A stretch of DNA of 64,000 nucleotides, from positions 5,100 to 69,099 of the forward strand of contig MNXM01000153.1 of assembly GCA_001872605.1 (NCBI GenBank). The letters run 5' to 3'. The notes beneath the pieces are model-generated. The model saw nothing but the letters and a program-made list of their open reading frames with translations. It made no database searches and was not told the DNA's origin. The stretch's first letter is position 1. Each line of letters begins with the position of its first letter. Made by a program: the position numbers and the translations under genes. This document shows positions 54,301-63,622 of the stretch, in pieces. This DNA comes from Armatimonadetes bacterium CG2_30_59_28. GTDB lineage: Bacteria > Armatimonadota > Abditibacteriia > CG2-30-59-28.

Positions 54301-54894
54301 GCCATCATCGTAGCGGGAAACCACTTCCGGCTGGAACGACAATGCCCCCCCATCGCTCACCAACCGGAGCGCCTGCGCAGAGAAGACAACACCACGAGCG
54401 AAGGGAACACCGACGACCACGGGAGGAGAATCCAGCTTCCATTCGCAACGATCGATCTGGAGCGGAATTCTGCCCGAGGCAGTCGCAGCGAGGAGAGTCG
54501 TTCGCGGCAGTGAAACGCTGCCCGTCTCCGTGGTCACTTCTTTCCCGGCCGCGTCGGTGGCGTGGACGCGGTAGTAAAACGGTTTGCCTGCCTGCCAGGG
54601 AACGTCAGCCCGATGGTTATTGGCAAAGCCGCGGCCTGATTCGCGCGCATTAGTTGAGCCGCGCAGCGAGGAGGAGTCTTCCTCAACGCGTTCGCCCAGC
54701 GTCGGCGCGGCGCCATATTCCACCCACCCCTTGCTGGGCACGCGGGTGGTCCACCGTACCTGCGCAATGGGGCCGGTTCCTGTCTCGATGGCCCTTGTTG
54801 CAAGATCATCGACAGTCCAGTCCTGGGCTTCGCAGATCGGCGAACCGCCGGACAAAAGCAGCAAAACTACCAACACTCCTGATCGGGTATGCAT
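51340..54894 (-). CDS. Large secreted multidomain protein: Fn3-like + PcRGLX/YetA-like lyase/hydrolase core + CBM-like domains
   Basis: Signal peptide; VRWTT...WVEYG; VVVGVPFARG; EEQGPIRTVVRIDG; YGIMNFGDW...WGNLEYD; NPDFEEDIAGW; C-terminal GRHELTL. Confidence 0.65.
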   Translation of the reverse strand: MHTRSGVLVVLLLLSGGSPICEAQDWTVDDLATRAIETGTGPIAQVRWTTRVPSKGWVEYGAAPTLGERVEEDSSSLRGSTNARESGRGFANNHRADVPWQAGKPFYYRVHATDAAGKEVTTETGSVSLPRTTLLAATASGRIPLQIDRCEWKLDSPPVVVGVPFARGVVFSAQALRLVSDGGALSFQPEVVSRYDDGSICWLRVSFLAPKLDSKVTLEYGRQVRPTSPTPHATVKVEGKSFRVIGASASIEGRTDGTGIVRLGTQDMPLPRAALIAGDGVTYSATPESVVVEEQGPIRTVVRIDGHHRSTDGKSHFGYVMRWYAFAGKPYLRCDYTFANDITTQEMTSFRQLDLRFDGLIGQPTVFTDGAPLTLTTGQRVIQREDSEWVVEPGTGKGKRLAGGVKCGGARLLVRHCWEQYPKSVGATGEGLALGICPALPAGFYAGRLDEDKLYFHLRDGNYAFRQGFSKTHTLWLAPASLPEADSLVGDPPVASCPPDYIEKTGALRGLAVAARDQFPGYDEALKATAENVLGRRAAQREYGIMNFGDWYGERAWNWGNLEYDMAHAMLTQFARTGDAVFFHRAAEAALHEGDVDTRHHATDDRRVGQQWIHSIGHTAGYYDNKYKDMKGYAGTGWSDNRGHIWAQGLCEHFLFGGDRRSWETAKLISDWAAGPQTTNFDFGNAREPGWMTILVMGAYNATRDPYYLNAARLMMRKVQEKSAATGGRGFYYHELPTGHCNCEKKHFGEAGFMLGVLMTGLKMYYDATRDPQAAEAITGIAKFIIDTMWEPDVMGFHYTSCPESGAGPASIAIMLEGLAFGAQRMKNEEINQILRQSLAASWQTIGGVGKHSAYSLCSLVQGLDQFARLPGSPFATYLAKIQAELKNPARRLLPTNVPNPDFEEDIAGWTPRGGEMVRTTNVKHSGAASLMWRGRLRGQNEYFNTRYDTGGDPTEITWLKPEVNYRLTCWLRVDKLSPGTPAPSLRVTYRDVHGSRGGQITNAYDLNRMGAWQKLSADGTIPEWNTGNYLALNTNSREAVEAELYLDDVSLSRVTESTEDSGAYLRGDVQQATLAAGASLASNGRPPQREYLRGPGSATWTIDIPHEGGFAIWVRAAGKGQLAILKVDGKSVGDLEGSAGTWAWVRVAVLKLTAGRHELTLDELSKDARLGRIVVTNDMAAVE

Positions 54895-54973
54895 CGCCCG
54901 CAAGCCTCCCGTTTTTTTCTCAAGTTCATGGAGTTGCTTGTTCGTTACACTCTCCGGTGGGAAACTCGGCTGT

Positions 54974-55190
54974 TTAGAGTAGTTGCCTGAACCGGTCGAT
55001 GGTTAGACCGGCAGGCATCCTGCACTATCCCAGCCATGGTGAGAGCGTCCACCGGGTTGGCTCGAGGGATCGTAATAATGCGGTCCCCATCGGTCATGAC
55101 GATATGCTTGCCTTGCCTGGCAATCCAAAATCCAGCTTTCTGGAAAGCGCCCACGGCGCAGAGGTGATTGACTCCTGGCAGCTTGGGCAC
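54974..55190 (-). pseudogene. hicA: HicA toxin frameshifted by a 4-bp duplication
   Basis: MPKLPGVNH...AGFWIARQGKHIVM...TIPRANPVDALTMAGIVQDA; TGCC duplicated (55010-55017); removal restores AGLTIDRFRQLL*. Confidence 0.8.
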
Positions 55191-55193
55191 TGC

Positions 55194-55379
55194 TCACACC
55201 GCGACTTCCACATAACGGAATTCTTGGTTCTCCGCCAACTCCTCGACGACCTCGAGATATTCAGCAATGGCCGCACGCATGTTCTCCAAGGCTTCATCTT
55301 CGGTATTCTCCTGAGACCAGCAACCGGGAAGCCCGGGACATCGCACAGCATATCCCTCGTCCGTATTGAAGATGTTCAC
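55194..55379 (-). CDS. hicB: HicB-like antitoxin (N-terminal domain only, start degraded)
   Basis: VNIFNTDEGYAVRCPGLPGCWSQENTEDEALENMRAAIAEYL; only a GTG start, overlapping the upstream stop. Confidence 0.65.
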   Translation of the reverse strand: MNIFNTDEGYAVRCPGLPGCWSQENTEDEALENMRAAIAEYLEVVEELAENQEFRYVEVAV

Positions 55380-56623
55380 CTGTCCATCAACCTCCTCACG
55401 ATCCTGCACGCTTCTGCGACGCGGTCTTTCATGGAACCGTTGAGGGGGTTGGTGTCGCGAAAGATCAGTTCCACGAAATTATCCTTGGCGATGTCGAGTG
55501 TCTCCCGGATATGCGCCTCGAATGCGGCGGCGTCGAAAGTTGGACTGCAGAGCTTCAGCGGGTGAGGTTTGCGGGAGAGCACGACGTTCCTGCCGACGGA
55601 CGCGGCGATGGACTCCTGATCGCACCACGGCGACACGGTCACTTTGCGGAGGTTTTGGAACTGCTTCAACACCGGCCACTGAGCGTGGACTGGCTCGCAG
55701 CACCCGTAGTAGACCAGTCCGTACCGGTCGGCGGTGCGTCGCTGGTAGGGGTGGATGAACTCGCCGTACTGCTCCGCGGAAAGCCCAACCGATTCCTGCG
55801 CCTCGTGGAATCCCCAGCAATCTTCGGGAGAGAAACGATCACCCCCGACGACTGACCGTCGGGGCAGCTCATCGGTGTAACCGCAACTGCCGGACCCGAC
55901 ATAGAATTCGCCGTGGTTGGGTGTGATGAGCTTCTCGGCTTCCAGCCAGTTAAGGAACTCAATTGATTCCGTGGCGATGAAATCGAAGAATTGGTGGACG
56001 TTCTCCGGCTGCTCGATCATCGCCACATAGAAGTTGTCCATGCCCATCCATGTCACGGCCTTGTGGGCGAGGCCGGTTCCTGCACTGAGCGTGTGGGGAC
56101 CGATGATTTTCACCGGCAGGAGATCGCCAAACGCTTTCTCCGCCATTTCGACCCGTCGGTAGGTTTCCTCGCGGTTCACCGAAAACTCGTCACGCCGCAA
56201 TTGCTTCAGCCCATTCGCCAAGTCGGCCAATGGTTCGTTGGTTGCGTAGCCGAGAGGCCGCCCGGTGGAGTCGGGCACTTTTTTGATTTTGAGGTCGGGG
56301 CACATGCTCGGACGCGAAACCTGCCAACTCACGCCGCAGTATGGTGGGAACACCCGGTCGTCATCGATGAGCCGGTGGTTGGTGATGGCGTGCAGCAATT
56401 CCAGTTCCATGTCGCGTTCCACCTCGCCCTCGCACCGAGTAGGAGGTGTCAGGTCCGCAAAAAACGACCCGTTGTCCTCGATCTGAAACGGCACGGTTCG
56501 TTCTTGCAGGCGGTTGCTCAGCCGCCAGATTTCACGCCGGGCGTTCATGGTGTCGCTGTTGACAATCGCGGCATACTCCGCGGCGAGAGAGCGGAGACGG
56601 TTGCGGTCTTGGTATGAGGTCAT
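55376..56623 (-). CDS. Uroporphyrinogen decarboxylase-like (URO-D/MtaA-like TIM barrel) protein
   Basis: WMGMDNFYVAM..QPE.VH, QESVGLS..QYGEF, YYGCCEP, SVSP-like VTVSPW, LSRKP. Confidence 0.65.
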   Translation of the reverse strand: MTSYQDRNRLRSLAAEYAAIVNSDTMNARREIWRLSNRLQERTVPFQIEDNGSFFADLTPPTRCEGEVERDMELELLHAITNHRLIDDDRVFPPYCGVSWQVSRPSMCPDLKIKKVPDSTGRPLGYATNEPLADLANGLKQLRRDEFSVNREETYRRVEMAEKAFGDLLPVKIIGPHTLSAGTGLAHKAVTWMGMDNFYVAMIEQPENVHQFFDFIATESIEFLNWLEAEKLITPNHGEFYVGSGSCGYTDELPRRSVVGGDRFSPEDCWGFHEAQESVGLSAEQYGEFIHPYQRRTADRYGLVYYGCCEPVHAQWPVLKQFQNLRKVTVSPWCDQESIAASVGRNVVLSRKPHPLKLCSPTFDAAAFEAHIRETLDIAKDNFVELIFRDTNPLNGSMKDRVAEACRIVRRLMDR

Positions 56624-56684
56624 GGTGTTCCTTCTCTATGTGATGGATGGAGGGGCGAGCGGGGGGGCAGAAAATGGGATTCTC

Positions 56685-57779
56685 TTACCTCACCCTCATG
56701 AACATGTTCCCCGGCAGTCTGCGCGCGTAGCCTTTCATCTCGAGCATCATGAGGGAGGCGTTGACTTCGGCAGGTGTAAGTTTAACTGCGCGGGTGATAT
56801 CGTCGACATGCTTTTCTTCCCGGCCCAGTCCTCGCAGAACGGCAGTCTCGTTGGGTGAGAGGTTGGCGGCCTCCTGCGGTTCCTTTTCTTCGCCGAAGTT
56901 GAGGGACGTCTGTTCTTCCTCCAGTCCAAGGGCGCGAAGAATATCATTCGCATCTTCAACGAGGGTGGCGCCTTCTTTGAGAAGCCGATGCCCGCCACGG
57001 TTATTGTTGAGCGTCACGTTGCCGGGGACGGCGAAGACTTCCCGCCCCTGCTCCAACGCGCAGTCGGCAGTGATGAGCGCCCCGCTGGCGTCGGGCGCCT
57101 CGACGACGACCACGCCCAACGACAGGCCGCTGATGATTCGATTCCGGGCGGGGAAGTGCCATTTCTCCGGCGTCGTTCCGAAGGGAAGTTCGCTGAGCAG
57201 CGCTCCTCGTGTCACGATCTCTTCTCGCAGCTTTGAGTTGGCTGCGGGGTAATTAGCCTCCAGCCCGCAACCGCAGACTGCGATGGTTCTTCCCCCGGCG
57301 CGTAAGGCGCCGCGATGGGCTTCCGTGTCCACGCCCAACGCCAGACCAGAGACTACCGTAACGCCGTAGCGCGATAGGTCGGCCGCGAGTCGCTCGGAAA
57401 TGATTCGCGCGTAGGTGGACGCGCGGCGTGTTCCCACGATGGCGACGGAGCGGAACTCGTCTGACTTCAGTTCTCCCCTAACGAAGAGCAGCGGAGGAGG
57501 GTCGTGGATTTCCTTGAGTTGCTGGGGATAGGAGGAATCATCCCATGTCACCATCCGGATGCCCAGCTTTTCCATGAGGCTGAGTTCATTGTTCCAGTCG
57601 GTCTTTGCTGCCACTTCACGGATGGCGTCAACATTCTCCCGGGTCACGCCCTCAACACGGAGGAGGTCGGACTGTGGAGCTCGAAGAACTTCTGCGGGAG
57701 AACCGAAGCGGAGGAGCAGCGCGCGTTGCTTTCGCGGAGAGAGGTTGAGCTTGTTGAATTGAAGCCAGGAGTTGCCCAT
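56685..57779 (-). CDS. dprA: DNA-processing protein DprA
   Basis: YPQQLKEIHDPP, VAIVGTR, VVSGLALGVD, HFPARNRIISG, SGALITA, GREVFAVPG, winged-helix tail. Confidence 0.95.
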   Translation of the reverse strand: MGNSWLQFNKLNLSPRKQRALLLRFGSPAEVLRAPQSDLLRVEGVTRENVDAIREVAAKTDWNNELSLMEKLGIRMVTWDDSSYPQQLKEIHDPPPLLFVRGELKSDEFRSVAIVGTRRASTYARIISERLAADLSRYGVTVVSGLALGVDTEAHRGALRAGGRTIAVCGCGLEANYPAANSKLREEIVTRGALLSELPFGTTPEKWHFPARNRIISGLSLGVVVVEAPDASGALITADCALEQGREVFAVPGNVTLNNNRGGHRLLKEGATLVEDANDILRALGLEEEQTSLNFGEEKEPQEAANLSPNETAVLRGLGREEKHVDDITRAVKLTPAEVNASLMMLEMKGYARRLPGNMFMRVR

Positions 57780-57860
57780 GGGTCGATGCGGACTCTCCGT
57801 GTCCGGTAGACTTTCGCGACCGCCGCCATTGTCCGCGTTGCCTCCGGGATTAGGGGAGAG

Positions 57861-58310
57861 TTACTCTGTGGACTTCTCGCCTTCCGAGAGCGCCTGCGGC
57901 GTAGCGACCGAAATCTCGCCCTCAAGCGCGCTCGCGGCCTCCGGGGCACGGGAGAGTTCGAGAACTTTCAACGTAAATTCGTGAATGCGCCCCTCGTAAT
58001 CCTGGAGGCTCTTCTCGACGTGGCGAAGCCGGTCTCGCGTCTCACCAATCTCAAGTTCCTTTGCCCGCAGTTGCTTCCTGAGAAACCGGCTGCCTTTCAG
58101 CGAACAAAGCCACGAGATCACAGCCGAGGCCACGGCGCTCCCCAATATCAGCGCCCAGACGGGAACGGCCACAGCCTTGTAGCCGTCCCCGTAAAATAGC
58201 CAGTCGAAAAAACCAGCGGGGACAATCTGGAAGTCGATGCTGTTGCCCAGATTCGCCCATGCAAAGAAAGCAAACACAATCGCCAGTAGCAGCGCAAGAA
58301 CAAATCCCAT
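57861..58310 (-). CDS. LapA-like small membrane protein with coiled-coil tail
   Basis: FAFFAWAN, VPVWALILGSAV, coiled coil; ATG at 58310 with GGAG RBS. Confidence 0.6.
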   Translation of the reverse strand: MGFVLALLLAIVFAFFAWANLGNSIDFQIVPAGFFDWLFYGDGYKAVAVPVWALILGSAVASAVISWLCSLKGSRFLRKQLRAKELEIGETRDRLRHVEKSLQDYEGRIHEFTLKVLELSRAPEAASALEGEISVATPQALSEGEKSTE

Positions 58311-58372
58311 CTTGTTTTCCTCCCTGTGGAAGTGATCGTTGGGTTTCCGTTTTTCCTGTATTGGGTGCGTTC

Positions 58373-60040
58373 CTAAAAGGGCATCCCTATGCCCGGCCCT
58401 GTATCCGTCGTTGTGGAGGTCTTTCCCACGGCGTCCGGTGGCGGCAGTTGATTGTTGATGATGAGCTTGTACTGGCGCAACAGTTCGTTGCCACGCCAAT
58501 CCTTCGCTGAAAGTCCGATGGTGTATCCTCCGTCTGCGATGGCCCGCATGGCAACACCGGGAACGACCTGGGGACCAAGGCTCGACTCAACGATTCCCTC
58601 AACGGAGTTGTAGACCAATTCCTTTGGTTCGTCGTTCATGGTCAGCCCGATGGACGACGGATCGACGCCGCTGCCCAAGTCCGTCAGTGTAACCGAGAAG
58701 AGAATGGGCGGGACACCACGGAGTTGCGGAATCGGGTCCGGGTCGGAAGGCGTTGCTGGATCGAACGAATAGTAGACCATGGCTCCGTCGCGGGCTTTCA
58801 GTTTGACACGCGCATCTGTTGTCTCCGGGGCCGCGAGGTCCATTCCCCAAGGCTTGAAGCCGTAGAGAGCGCCATTGTCGCCAACGATGTAGAGAGACCC
58901 CCTCGATACCGTGGGCGACGCCGCCACGTGATTCCCGCCCTTGGAGAGCCACTCAATGCGGTATTGCCAGAGGGTCTTTCCGTCGTCAGCACTGAGCGCC
59001 AATACAAGTCCCTTCGTTGTACCCACCAGAATCGTGTTCTGCACAATCGTCGGAGTGGACAGCACCGGCAATCCAAGGTTGACTTTCCATGTTGTTCGTC
59101 CCGATCGCGCGTCGATCGCGTAGAAGTCTCCGTCCTTGGTTCCCACATACACGTTGCGGTCATCCATGGCCGGAGACGAAAGAATCTCCCCGTCGGTTGA
59201 GATTCTGTGCTGGACCCTTCCGGTTCGCCGCCGCAGGCCAAACAACAGCTTGCCGTTCGTCAGCCAGATGTAGTCTTCCCCGATTGCAGGCGACGACGAC
59301 TTCTGTCCACCTCCGGGGATAGGCGTTCTCCAATAGGGCTTGCCGTCTGCTTCAGCGCAATAAAGATTGCCGTCGCTGGAGAGAAAGTAATAGTAGCCGT
59401 CACGGGCGGCCGGCCCTGAGATGACATCTCCGCCTGTAGAGAACTTCCATTCCAGCGCGCCGTTGGCCGCCGTGAGGCAATAGACGTTGTTGTCATCCGA
59501 ACCGAAGACGACCTTGCCGTCATGGAACAGGACATGACTTCTCAAGAGACCACTCGTGGGGAACATCCATACCACCGCGCCTGAATCCGCCTGAAATGCG
59601 TACAGCATAGAGTCGGTGGACGGCACAAAGAGCAGCCCGTCTCCCAGGGCCGGTGTGGCGCGGATAGGTCCCTCCACTTGCTGCCACCACACGATGGACC
59701 CGGCTTCGCCGTCCAGACAATAGACGTATCGCTCGGAGAAAAAGTACGTCCGGTCGCCCTGAGTGAGAGCCGAGACGGGATTCTCAAAAAAAGGCTTGGA
59801 GGAGTGTTTCCACATGAGCGCGGGGGGAAGAGAGAGGGAATCTTTCGCTTCACCGGTCTTGGGAGAATCGCCCTTGAACTGAATCCAGTCCGACCCAGTT
59901 GACTCGACGGCGACGCTCTCCTGGGCCCGGCCTACCGGCCCAAACAGAATGAGTTCCGGGATAGCCATGCTCAGCGTCAGAGCCAGCGCCCCACATGTGG
60001 GCCATCGTGATTGCGTTTGAGTCAATTTGTGAAATGACAT
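58373..60040 (-). CDS. Secreted PQQ-like (BamB-type) beta-propeller protein
   Basis: Eight YxLDxxxGxxxW repeats; DWIQFKGD; signal peptide. Confidence 0.82.
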   Translation of the reverse strand: MSFHKLTQTQSRWPTCGALALTLSMAIPELILFGPVGRAQESVAVESTGSDWIQFKGDSPKTGEAKDSLSLPPALMWKHSSKPFFENPVSALTQGDRTYFFSERYVYCLDGEAGSIVWWQQVEGPIRATPALGDGLLFVPSTDSMLYAFQADSGAVVWMFPTSGLLRSHVLFHDGKVVFGSDDNNVYCLTAANGALEWKFSTGGDVISGPAARDGYYYFLSSDGNLYCAEADGKPYWRTPIPGGGQKSSSPAIGEDYIWLTNGKLLFGLRRRTGRVQHRISTDGEILSSPAMDDRNVYVGTKDGDFYAIDARSGRTTWKVNLGLPVLSTPTIVQNTILVGTTKGLVLALSADDGKTLWQYRIEWLSKGGNHVAASPTVSRGSLYIVGDNGALYGFKPWGMDLAAPETTDARVKLKARDGAMVYYSFDPATPSDPDPIPQLRGVPPILFSVTLTDLGSGVDPSSIGLTMNDEPKELVYNSVEGIVESSLGPQVVPGVAMRAIADGGYTIGLSAKDWRGNELLRQYKLIINNQLPPPDAVGKTSTTTDTGPGIGMPF

Positions 60041-60092
60041 CAGGTAACCTTTTCAGAGACAGGAGTCACTGTCGCGTCCATGCGTGCAGCGC

Positions 60093-60122
60093 ATTCTATG
60101 CTCAACGGGAGCCTTATGTCAA
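60093..60122 (-). promoter_or_regulatory. Sigma-70 promoter TTGACA-N18-TAGAAT
   Basis: TGTCAA at 60117-60122, ATTCTA at 60093-60098. Confidence 0.55.
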
Positions 60123-60238
60123 TCCCAAAGCTCCGGAATTGAGATTCCAGCATCGCGGTGGATGCTCCCAATTTCATATCGGAGCATCCGAAACCGAGGT
60201 CGTTCTTATGCCGGAATTTCAGTTGCCGAAGAGACGCC

Positions 60239-60520
60239 TTAATCGTCGTCAATTTCGACTTGGAGCCGAATCTCCCGAAGAACGGACGCCACTTCCTGGC
60301 ACTTCTCCTTATCTCCACAGTAGGCTATCGCGCGACCGCGGGTATGCGCTTCGTATGTGATCTGCTCGGCTCTCTCCAGCGCACAGCCTGTGGCTCTCTG
60401 CACCTGACGGACGACATCATCGAAGGAGTGCCAGTCGTCGTTGTAGATGACGACACTCCAAGGATGTCCGACGCCGGTGCCGGTATCTACGTCTGCACGC
60501 TCAATGGTCTGAACTGGCAT
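60239..60520 (-). CDS. clpS: ATP-dependent Clp protease adaptor ClpS
   Basis: VVIYNDDWHSFDDVV, AHTRGRA. Confidence 0.85.
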   Translation of the reverse strand: MPVQTIERADVDTGTGVGHPWSVVIYNDDWHSFDDVVRQVQRATGCALERAEQITYEAHTRGRAIAYCGDKEKCQEVASVLREIRLQVEIDDD

Positions 60521-60763
60521 CTATTCCATTCTCCCCTGGCGCGATGCTGACATTGGCCACGGTCCTGATCCGGTATCGTTCTCATCTTCCCCGGGGGGTG
60601 TCTCGCCCGAGGCGCATTTGTCGTGCGCGGCCTCAAGTTTGTCGATGAGCCTGCTTTCGGCCAGAGTCACAAAAGATGATCCAATGCCGACATACCCTCC
60701 CGTGGCGTCCTCCGCCCACGTCAGCAGTATCTTCAATTCCTGAACACCCAGATCGACTTTCAT
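60521..60763 (-). CDS. Small hypothetical protein
   Basis: GAGGGG RBS, abuts the clpS start. Confidence 0.45.
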   Translation of the reverse strand: MKVDLGVQELKILLTWAEDATGGYVGIGSSFVTLAESRLIDKLEAAHDKCASGETPPGEDENDTGSGPWPMSASRQGRME

Positions 60764-60924
60764 CCACGTAACCCCTCACACAGACCCCAACCCCGGAAAC
60801 CTCCTGCCGCGCCGTCAGGCAATTTGACCAACATGAGTATACCCGATCCTGTGAGACCGTCAATATTCTACCCGCGCGCCTATCAATGGTCTTGGACAAG
60901 AGCGCGTGAAATCCTCTTTCCCGG

Positions 60925-60953
60925 TTGACATTCTTGCCCGGAATGACTATGAT
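60925..60953 (+). promoter_or_regulatory. Sigma-70 promoter TTGACA-N17-TATGAT
   Basis: Hexamers at 60925-60930 and 60948-60953. Confidence 0.7.
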
Positions 60954-60983
60954 TCGTGCACTCTCAGCACAGGGGGAATAGCG

Positions 60984-61502
60984 ATGCCCGAAAACGACTC
61001 TTCAGTGAACGAGTTGAAGACGGAACGCAGGATTTCCGCGAAAGACTTCATGCGACTTTACGTCGTGTGCGGGTTCGTCACTCTCGCCGCGTGGATTCTT
61101 GCCTTCAGCACTTCATCCACCTCTTGGAGGTGGATTGGTTTACTCATCGGCATTCTCGCGGTGCTCTTCGCGGTCGTGTATGTGAAGCTGCAAGTATTGA
61201 ACACTCTCTACCGGGTGTACGGAGATCGCGTTGAGATCGAGTCGGGAATCCTCACCAAGAAAATCGAGAACGTTGCGCTCTTCCGCATTCGGGACATCGG
61301 CTTGAAGCAAGGTTTTCTCGGGCGGATACTGAACTTTGGGGATATCAGTCTCGCGTCCACCGACGCCAGCGCGCCTCAGATGGTGATTCGAGGAGTGGAT
61401 CAGCCGCGAGAGCTCTACGAATCGCTGCGGGAGCTGATTTCTCAATCCAAGGCTGAGCACAAGACGATGATCATTGAGGGCGACGCCGACCAATTGAACT
61501 GA
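60984..61502 (+). CDS. Bacterial PH-domain (bPH_2, YdbS-like) membrane protein
   Basis: Two TM, then YRVYGDRVEIESGIL...IRDIGLKQGFLGRILNFGDI. Confidence 0.8.
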   Translation: MPENDSSVNELKTERRISAKDFMRLYVVCGFVTLAAWILAFSTSSTSWRWIGLLIGILAVLFAVVYVKLQVLNTLYRVYGDRVEIESGILTKKIENVALFRIRDIGLKQGFLGRILNFGDISLASTDASAPQMVIRGVDQPRELYESLRELISQSKAEHKTMIIEGDADQLN

Positions 61503-61537
61503 GAGTGCGCAAACCTCTCCCGCGCGGTTGCTCATGG

Positions 61538-61568
61538 AAACGCCCTCCTGTCTGACAGGAGGGCGTTT
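61538..61568. terminator. Bidirectional intrinsic terminator between convergent genes
   Basis: Perfect 15-bp stem AAACGCCCTCCTGTC-T-GACAGGAGGGCGTTT. Confidence 0.8.
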
Positions 61569-61602
61569 CAACATGAGCAGCGCTGCATAACCGGCTCGAG
61601 CA

Positions 61603-63018
61603 TCAGATGTCGAAGTACAGCGCGAATTCGTGCGGATGGGGCCGTAGTCGCACCGCGTCTACCTCGTGCTCCCGCTTGTAGGCGATCCAGACGTCGATGA
61701 GGTCCTTGGTGAACACGTCGCCCTTCATCAAAAAGTCATGATCCTTCTCAAGGGCGTCGAGCGATTCCTCGAGACTCCCCGGCGTCTTCTTGATGTTCTT
61801 GGCTTCCTCGGGTGGAAGGTCGTAGAGGTCCTTGTCGATGGGCGGACCCGGATCGATCTTGTTCTGAATCCCGTCGATCCCGGCCATCAGCATGGCCGCA
61901 AAGGCAAGGTAGCCATTACACGATGGATCTGGGCAGCGGAACTCCACTCGTTTCGCCTTGGGCGACTGAAAGTACATCGGAATCCGGACACACGCCGAAC
62001 GGTTACGCTGCGAATAGACGAGATTGACCGGTGCTTCGTATCCGGGGACCAGGCGTCGATACGCGTTCGTTGTCGGCGCGGCAAAGGCAAGCACGGCGGC
62101 CGTGTGTTTGAGCAGACCCCCGATGTAATACCTCGCCATGTCGCTGAGTCCGGCGTATCCCTTTTCGTCGTAAAACAGATTTTCGTTGCCCTTCCAGATG
62201 CTCTGGTGACAGTGCATTCCGGAGCCGTTGTCCTGGAAGATTGGTTTGGGCATGAATGTCGCCGTCATGCCGTGTTTGCGGGAGATGTTCTTGATGATGT
62301 ACTTGAAGATCATCAGCCGGTCGCCCATGGTAACCAACTTGTCATACTTCATGTCGATCTCGCACTGCCCGGCGCTGGCGACCTCATGGTGGTGGACCTC
62401 CACTTCAACGCCCACCTTCTTAAGTGTCAACATCATCTCGGAGCGGATATCCTGGAGAGTGTCCATCGGTGGGACGGGGAAGTAGCCTTCCTTGTGGCGA
62501 ACTTTGTAGCCGAGGTTGGGCCCCTCATCCCTTCCGCTGTTCCAGATTCCCTCCCGGGAATCCACCTCGAAAAACGCGAAATTTGGGCCGCTGTCAAACC
62601 GGACGTCGTTCAGGATAAAGAACTCCGGTTCCGGACCCCAGTATGACTCCTCGCCAATCCCGGCTTGCTTGAGGTAGTTTGCGGCTTTCTGCGCGACGAA
62701 CCGTGGGTCCCGACTGTATGGCTCCAGCGTCATGGGGTCCTTCACGTTACAGATGATCGCGAGAGTCGGGTACTCCAGACAGGGATCAATGAACGCTGTC
62801 TCCGGGTCTGGCGCCAGAAGCATGTCGCTCTCCTGAATATGCTGGAACCCACGGATGCTCGACCCATCAAACCCCGCTCCTTCCTCGATGAACTCCTCGG
62901 TGAACGCCTCCACCGGAATGGAGAAGTGCTGCCAAATCCCCGGAAGATCTGTGAATCGTAGATCCACTATCTGTGCCGCCGCCGCCAGGGCAACTGCATC
63001 TTTGGCCGTCTTGGGCAT
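61603..63018 (-). CDS. glnA: Glutamine synthetase type I
   Basis: [63 protein letters not shown]. Confidence 0.97.
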   Translation of the reverse strand: MPKTAKDAVALAAAAQIVDLRFTDLPGIWQHFSIPVEAFTEEFIEEGAGFDGSSIRGFQHIQESDMLLAPDPETAFIDPCLEYPTLAIICNVKDPMTLEPYSRDPRFVAQKAANYLKQAGIGEESYWGPEPEFFILNDVRFDSGPNFAFFEVDSREGIWNSGRDEGPNLGYKVRHKEGYFPVPPMDTLQDIRSEMMLTLKKVGVEVEVHHHEVASAGQCEIDMKYDKLVTMGDRLMIFKYIIKNISRKHGMTATFMPKPIFQDNGSGMHCHQSIWKGNENLFYDEKGYAGLSDMARYYIGGLLKHTAAVLAFAAPTTNAYRRLVPGYEAPVNLVYSQRNRSACVRIPMYFQSPKAKRVEFRCPDPSCNGYLAFAAMLMAGIDGIQNKIDPGPPIDKDLYDLPPEEAKNIKKTPGSLEESLDALEKDHDFLMKGDVFTKDLIDVWIAYKREHEVDAVRLRPHPHEFALYFDI

Positions 63019-63124
63019 TTCCTACTGACTCCTTTCAGAAATATAAATGGTTAACCGTTGATGGACAAGGAGGCGGAGCGACGAAAGGGAGGTCCATCGA
63101 CCATTCGCCCTCAAGCATTCCAAC

Positions 63125-63463
63125 TCACAGAGCGTCCGCCCCGCGATCACCGGTCCTGACGCGAACGGCGTCCTCCAGCGGAAGCACGAAAATCTTGCCG
63201 TCCCCGATCTCTCCCGTTCGGGCGGCCTTTGCGACACAATCCGCGGCCGCCTCCAACTGGTCATCGTCAACAACAATCTCCAGTCGGACTTTCGCAAGCA
63301 GGTCGATGGTGTATTCCGAACCACGATACCGCTCGACGTGCCCCTTCTGCCTTCCGCAGCCGCGCACATCACTGACCGTCATTCCGGAGATGCCAATCTC
63401 TGACAGCGCGCTCTTTACGTCTTGAAGCTTGTGGGGACGGATCACCGCAATCAGCATCTTCAT
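63125..63463 (-). CDS. glnB: P-II nitrogen regulator
   Basis: AVIRPHKL, GCGRQKG, YRGSEY T-loop, ARTGEIGDGKIFV; ATG at 63463. Confidence 0.93.
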   Translation of the reverse strand: MKMLIAVIRPHKLQDVKSALSEIGISGMTVSDVRGCGRQKGHVERYRGSEYTIDLLAKVRLEIVVDDDQLEAAADCVAKAARTGEIGDGKIFVLPLEDAVRVRTGDRGADAL

Positions 63464-63567
63464 CTCTCTGAACTCCTCGCAGGATGGCCGGTCTCCGAAC
63501 TTCCGCATGTCTGCGTTTCAGGATTTCGCAAGCGGTTCGCGCCAGAACCACCCAATAAATTACTCTC

Positions 63568-63595
63568 AGTGTGTTTCCTGTAGATTTCGTGTCAA
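63568..63595 (-). promoter_or_regulatory. Possible sigma-70 promoter TTGACA-N16-CACACT for glnB-glnA
   Basis: TGTCAA at 63590-63595; weak -10. Confidence 0.35.
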
Positions 63596-63622
63596 TTAAG
63601 TCGGCGTAAATTTTCAGAAGCA

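Noticed and set aside
63528-63545. Sigma-54 promoter upstream of glnB (TGGCGC...TTGC)
   Set aside because: GG-to-GC spacing is 12 nt rather than the required 10.
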